A DNA stretch of 64,000 bases from Diplonema japonicum (lineage: Eukaryota; Protista; Euglenozoa: Diplonemea). Made by a program: the position numbers and the translations under genes. The stretch covers positions 1 through 64,000 of the forward strand of contig OZ025674.1 of NCBI GenBank assembly GCA_964019335.1, in the 5' to 3' direction. The notes under the pieces were generated by a model. That model saw only the letters and a program-made list of their open reading frames with translations. It was not told where the DNA came from and did no database searches. Below, piece by piece: positions 58,122-64,000 of the stretch (positions are counted from its first letter, which is position 1; every line of letters starts with the position of its first letter).

Positions 58122-59078
58122 CCTTGCACGGATAGCCCCCCCCAAAAAAAGCTGAAATCAAAGGGGGAAAAAAAATTACTAACTCTTTACTTTTCTTTTT
58201 TCTGCTTCTTTTTTTTTTTCTTTTCCCCCAGAGCGTTCCATTCTCAGCAGTGTTAAACGTCGTTTTCGGGGTGTGTGCCTGCAACAAAGAAGCAGAAGCA
58301 CAAACCCTTCTCTGCCCACCCAACCAACCCCCTTATAAGTTTTTGATCTTCAACTCCTGAAGGTAGCTAGTTGCCTCGGGTGCTCTGTTGTCTCCTTGTG
58401 TTCTTTCTTCAATGAAGTCATAACAGCAAGTATAATGGAAAATAGCGGTTTCCTTAAATACTGGCCTTTTTTTTTTTTTTCTTTTTTTTTTTTTCCCCTC
58501 CCATAATTTTTTCATTCTCAATATTTTTTTCTTCTTTACGTAGTACCACTTCGGTTAATTATCTGATTTCTTTTTTTTTTTTTTTTCCTTTTTTTTTTCT
58601 CCCTCGACTTGAGCCGACAGGTGTCTGGCCTCAACTGTAGCCGTTCTCTACCGGAGACCGCAACAATTCCAATAAGGATGGAATATTTTTTTTTCCTTTG
58701 ATTTCATTGGACCAACCACCCTCCATTCCCATCCTTTTATTTATTTTTTATTTTTATTTTCATTCGTTGCTGCTAAGTTCTTGCCTCTCTTTCCTCACCC
58801 CCCAGTTTTTTTTATTATTTTTTTTTTCTTTCTCAAGTTCCTTCAATGGTTTAACAAAAAAAAAAAAAAGACAAAAAAAAAAAAAAAAAAAAGAAAACGT
58901 TGCTTTAAAGGTACGGGATTATCCTAGCAGTGTCTGACAAGGGGGACCGACAATAGATATCACTATTGGTCCCTGCGATACTGACTTTCAAAAAAAAATA
59001 GCTATTTACTGCCAACAAGTAATGACTTTACCGTTACCTCGAGGTCGGTAAAGCATTACTTGGCGGTAGGTAAGTGGT

Positions 59079-59680
59079 TTTATTTCACGACACTCTGAAA
59101 TTACTTCACCACGAGGGGCACAACAGGGTGACAAGGGGTACAACAAGAGAGGGGTTACAAAGGTTACAATACAAGTTGTTTTCCCTCCTTTTGTTGACTA
59201 AGAGCTGCCGCTGTCGCTGGCATTGCCACTGTCACCATCTCTAATCAGGCCTTCCCATACCTGGCGCGGCCGCTGGCTCCTTTTTTTCTGTTGCTTCGGT
59301 ATTTTGAAGTCTTTTGGGGAGCTTGGGTAAGCTGACTAAGTTACCCTTACCCACAGAAGAGTTACCCCCAGAAACTGGGAACAAGGCCAAGCCAAAAGTG
59401 GGCAAATTGGGAGGAAAAAGTAGTCCAACTTGGAACTGAGCCGAGGCAAAAGTTGGCCAATTGAGCTGAACCTGGGGGAAATAGCAAACTGAGAGGAAAA
59501 AGTAGCCCCACTGGGAACCGAACAGAGGCAAAAATTGGCCTGCCGAGGCATATTATTTAACGGAAACCCCCTATTACTTCACGGAAAACAGGCCATTATT
59601 TCACCGTGAAGTAATGAGATTTAGCGTGAAGTAATGGGCCCCCCAGTGCGTGAAGTAATTTCTGAAGAGTGAAATAAAAA
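59079..59680. mobile_element. Degenerate ~600-bp TIR element with (GTGAAGTAA) subterminal repeats
   Basis: ttttatttcac...gaaattacttcac (59079-59110) versus gtgaagtaatttc...gtgaaataaaa (59650-59680); internal duplicated ~75-bp block. Confidence 0.5.
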
Positions 59681-61476
59681 AAAGAAAAAGTATAAAAAAA
59701 AAAGGGGGTGCGCTTCTTTCTGTACCTTACGAAAACAAATTATATTTTTCTTTGGGGGGTTTTTGTGAGGTAATCAGGATAAAGAGCCAAGCATAGCCGT
59801 AAAAAAGGCCCTTTTTTTTTTTCGCGTGTGCCAAGAGATTTCATCTGCTGTTTTATTCCAGCAGCTTATTTTTTTTTTCTTTATTATTATTATTATTGCT
59901 GTAAAGTGAAAAATGACGGATTGACATCAACTCCGGCCTGGCGACCTAAGCTTTTTGGACATGAAAAAAAAAGCCCAGATTTGTCAACTCGACATTTTTT
60001 CATTTTACAGTTCCCTTCTAGGACTTAATATTTGTCACGTTTTTTTAAAAATTTTTTTCTTTTATAAATTTTATTTTTATATTTATTTGTTATCAACGAA
60101 CAACAAAAGAAGAAGAAGAAAAAAAAAAAAAAAAAAACAAACATCAAATAAACGAAAATTTCGAACCACCTTTCTTTCCCCCCCCCCTTCTTTTTTTTAA
60201 TATTATTATTTTTTCATTATCTATATCAATCAGAGGACAAGAAAAGAATAAGCGAAATAAAGGAAAAACTAAAATTCTATTTTTTAAAGAAACCTGCCCT
60301 ATGAGGGGGAAATAACTAAAGCTTTTCCCCCCATTATGAAAAAGAAGTGTTTTAAGGAGTTGCAAAACCTCTCATCATACTTTTTTTTTCCCCCTTTCTT
60401 TTTTGAGGTCTACAGTATTTACCTCCTCCGCCTTTCTTTTGTTTCCCTTGTTTTTTTCCCCTACCTCATTTTTTTTTTTTTTTTTTTTTTTTTTGCTAGA
60501 TTCACGCACCAAAGAAATTTTACTTCAAATAATAAAAAAAAAAAAAAAACAACCATTAACCATCTACCAACGGACCATTTTTGCCCACCAGGGGGTAAAT
60601 TTTCAAAACTTCAAAAAAAAACTATTCCAGCGCAAAGCTGGGCTATATGCCCCCGGAAATGCCTCCAGTTGTCCCAATTCTAGAGAGAGGGTGCCCACAG
60701 CAGGGCCCACCCCCACAACATTGTCAAAAATATCGTTCCCGAGGTGCTCGAGAGGGGGTACAAAAAACAATTCAAAAAAAAATCGACTGTAAAATTCTAT
60801 AAAAAGCTATTCAAGGCCTTCCTGACGCGGTTCGTACGTGCCCCAGGCCCGAGAAGGGTTTCTGGGGGGTATCCCCGGCAAGGTGGTAGTCTTTGAAGCC
60901 CGGAGTCACGCAAAGTTGTATAGACGCTCGTTGGTAGATGGTTAAAGAAAAAGAAAGAAAGAAAACAGAATCAAATCTGCAAAAAAAAATAAAAAAAGAA
61001 AGAGAAAAAAAAAAACTAAAAAATTTAAAAAAAACGTTGTTCGCCACCTGTACGGTAGAAATGTGGACTTCTCCCCCCCCCCCCCTCCTTCTCCCCTTTT
61101 TCTTTTTTTAAAAAAAAATACCACAATGCATAATCAACGTCCCCTCCCCCCTTCCCCCCTTGTTTAAACAAATCAGAGACGGGTTCTTTGTAAAAAAAAG
61201 GGGGGAGGGGACAACAGGGAAAACCTCCCACACGCTTCGAACGTAGTACCATGCCACAGGCAGTAGTTAAGGAGCTCACAAGGGGTGAGAGGTCTGCTTA
61301 CTCAGCTGCATGCTGTCGTACCTTTGGCGACTGCATCGGGTCGTTTGGCTAGCAGTGAACAGCAGCAACAAAACAATCTTTCCAAGAACAAATGAAAAAG
61401 AGTTAAGCAAAAAACTGCTATTTTCTTTTTTGTGTTAATTTGAATGCAAGCAGCACCCTCTCTTTTTTCTTTTATA

Positions 61477-62500
61477 TGAGCTCGTCCGGACGAAAATGTC
61501 AACACTTTTTTGGGCACCTCCGAAAATTTCTTGTTTGATTATTTGAGCAAAAAAAGGGCAGCATGCAACCATAGGAAGATGACATACATGGTGTACATGA
61601 CGCCGTTCTTTCAATTGCGATGCTTGTTTTGCCATGAGGGTGGCAGGCTTTGCAACCGGCTGCCCCCCGGGAAACGAAAAATAGAGGTCAAAAAAACGGC
61701 GAAAAATGTTTAAAGTGCAATTTGGAAATGCAGAATCTAGGGTGCATAAAATTGGTGTTCAAGCGCACTTGTGACCCCTGGGTACAACCCAGGGTCGGGT
61801 TACTGTTAAAAGTACTTAGCGAAAAATATATGGCGCCGCATAGCCCCCGAAAATCCGGTTTTTTACACCCTATTTTTTGGCTTTTTCAAGGGGTTTTAAA
61901 GGGATTTTGGCCTTTTTCAGAAAAACCAATTCTTAACACTTGCCTGCTCATGCAGAGCTTCGACATTGGTATCTTTGGGGTCAAACTTTCATTCTCAACC
62001 CATCTGCTGAGGTTTTTCCTTTTCTTTTGCACTCATAATACTTTAAAAGTGAAAATTTTGCTTTTTCAAGGGGGTTTAAAGGGATTTTAGTCTTAAATAG
62101 GCCAAAATGGCACTGTAAGGGTAAGTTCTCCCCACCCCATTTTAATAGTGATTTAGAGTCCAGCCCACCCAAAATGACCCCAAAGGTTTCACAGATTTTC
62201 AATCTGCATCCATTCCTCCTATCGCTTTTCACGGAAAAACGAAAATAAAAAATGGGGTCTGGGTTATTTGTAACTTCCAAATTGAATCGTTTGCCAAAAA
62301 CCATTTTAAAAAACATGTTTTTGCACGTGCGTTTTAAAAATAAAACAAACGGCGAGCATTTTGACCTATATGGTGATCAAGATTAGACTGCATTTCTGCA
62401 CACAAAGTGGTGTCGGACTACTTTTTTACTTAGAAATTTAACGGGGGTTTTACGCCGCATAGGAGGGTCATTTGTTGACATTTTCTTCCGGACGAGCTCA
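61477..62500 (-). mobile_element. 1,024-bp MITE, copy 2 (inverted, apparently identical to copy 1)
   Basis: Reverse complement of 50990-52013; identical spurious ORFs appear in the track; TA flanks. Confidence 0.9.
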
Positions 62501-62725
62501 TATTAATTTTCCACTCTTACCCAGTGACAGTGCTTAGACACCGGTACACCTGAAGCACCGCTGTGCTAGTTGTCCCGCTCTCGAGCGCTAGGAGCGCCGA
62601 TCTCTGCCCACAGAGGGCACGGTGTTGTTCCCATTGCGGGATATCTTTTATCCCTTTCCCCTCCCCTCCCCCGTTTTTTATTTTTCAACCCCTTCCCTGC
62701 TTAGCCTACGCATTGCAGCACAGGA

Positions 62726-64000
62726 ATGGAGAGGAATGCAGGGACGGGGGGATCCTCAGGGGCGGGGGGGTCCTCGATGAAGGCGTTGGACGAAATTATG
62801 TTGTTCGAAAAGCAAATTCATACCCTAAGCACGCAGCTGGGGAGGAAGGAAGAGGAGTACATTACCGCCCTAGAGGTCAGAGACAAGGAGCAGGTGGCAC
62901 GGCTCGAGGATGAGATCAAGGAGATCACAGACAAGCGGGACTCCTTTCAGCACGTTTCGAATAAACGACGCGCCGAGCACGCAGCACGAGCGTCGGGTGG
63001 TGCAGGCCTCGTGACGGTCGTCTACACCTCTGACTTCACGGGGGCCATGTCCCTCGAGGACATCTCACGCATCACGTCGCGTTCTGTCACGCAGAACAGC
63101 CTGCTGGGTGTCACAGGGGTGCTGATGTTCAGCTTGGCATCCTGCAAGTTCCTCCAAGTGCTCGAGGGCCACGTGGAGACAGTCGGCACGCTCTTCAAAA
63201 AGATCGAAGCCGACACAAGGCACACACACATTGTGATCGTCAGGCGGCAGAACATCGATGTAAGACGCTTCCCCGACTGGCACATGCACCCCATGAACCT
63301 GGCAGAGCACGACAAGGCAGAGCAACCGCTTCAGACTGTCATGAGCCTCGTCACACAGCAGAACCACATTGCCAACCTGTGCCTGCACGCCAATATGAGG
63401 AACATCCTTGTAAAGGGAGGCAACCCTCTCTTCGTGCAGCCCAAAAAGATGAAGGCAATTGTCATGATGGTCGGCATCATCGCTTTCAACACCTTCGCGT
63501 GCATGGACGCACCTGCCTGCAGCGTGTCGAACCTCATGGCAACCTTCTCGGAGGTCGTCACGCGGTGCATCGAGGAGACAGTGGGCACTGTTATCAAGAC
63601 AGAGTCGGAAGTCATCCAGGCACAGTGGGGGTGCAGCAGCCTGAAGGATGCGAAGGCCTGTATGACGGCCATAGTGGAGTCCATTGCAAAGCTCCGTGCC
63701 ATAAGCACCTACTCCGTCGATCCTTTGGAGGCAAAGCCAGAGCTGCCCCTAGCCCAGTACTTATACCCCACAGTGAGCCTGTGCATGGGCAACGTGGTGT
63801 TGGTGCGGCATTCAACGTCTTGTGAAGTGAAAATCGATGTGGTGGGACCTGCAGTGCTGGAGTGCAAGGAGATGTTGAAGGAAGGCCTTACACGCAGAAT
63901 GCAGGCAGTGGTCTCCGGGGGGCTGACAAACACATTGGCTTTCTCGAAGCAGTACCATATGCAGGAGCTGTCGCCGAAGTGCTTTGCTATCACGTCACCA
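62726..64000 (+). CDS. BLUF-domain photoreceptor fused to a degenerate class III (PAC-like) cyclase domain; runs off the window edge
   Basis: Manual translation, 425 codons without a stop: VVYTS...NSLLGVTGVLMF...FLQVLEG....TLFKKIEADTRH...RRFPDWHM, then GGNPLFVQPK..IVMMVGIIAFNTFA...VVGPAV. Confidence 0.9.
   Translation, partial: MERNAGTGGSSGAGGSSMKALDEIMLFEKQIHTLSTQLGRKEEEYITALEVRDKEQVARLEDEIKEITDKRDSFQHVSNKRRAEHAARASGGAGLVTVVYTSDFTGAMSLEDISRITSRSVTQNSLLGVTGVLMFSLASCKFLQVLEGHVETVGTLFKKIEADTRHTHIVIVRRQNIDVRRFPDWHMHPMNLAEHDKAEQPLQTVMSLVTQQNHIANLCLHANMRNILVKGGNPLFVQPKKMKAIVMMVGIIAFNTFACMDAPACSVSNLMATFSEVVTRCIEETVGTVIKTESEVIQAQWGCSSLKDAKACMTAIVESIAKLRAISTYSVDPLEAKPELPLAQYLYPTVSLCMGNVVLVRHSTSCEVKIDVVGPAVLECKEMLKEGLTRRMQAVVSGGLTNTLAFSKQYHMQELSPKCFAITSP

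Noticed and set aside
63022-63993. Listed short ORFs at the right edge
   Set aside because: Shadows of the real + strand BLUF gene, which has no stop codon inside the window.

Overview
Eukaryotic DNA, most likely a euglenozoan protist of diplonemid type. This is an inference from about 23 genes packed head-to-tail on the + strand (polycistronic layout), tiny GTATG...CAG introns and flagellar genes such as CFAP298. Layout: (1) 1-1845, a ~230-copy (GGGTTTGC)n telomere-like array whose G-rich strand is on +, the opposite of what a left-hand telomere would show. (2) 1846-8107 (-), a decayed CRE-clade non-LTR retrotransposon whose polyprotein appears to be AlkB dioxygenase - Zn finger - OTU protease - Zn finger - RT - CCHC - restriction-like endonuclease - long C-terminal tail, and which runs directly into the array. 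(3) ~8.1-18.9 kb, a CpG-eroded graveyard of mobile DNA: Polinton/parvovirus-type PLA2 fragment, virus-like ORFs, an RT fragment, hAT-like ends and a piggyBac remnant, around one spliced P-loop NTPase gene on the - strand. (4) 19-64 kb, a unidirectional gene cluster: CFAP298, duplicated EEP, FKBP, RRM, TRM13-like, START/EF-hand, RPB4-like, AtuA, NHL-PDE, three PHO80-type cyclins, PqiA-domain protein, ELMOD, DHHC. It also holds two identical 1,024-bp MITEs in inverted orientation and, at the right edge and missed by the ORF track, a BLUF photoreceptor fused to a catalytically degenerate PAC-type cyclase. All calls come from reading motifs by eye; no database search was run.
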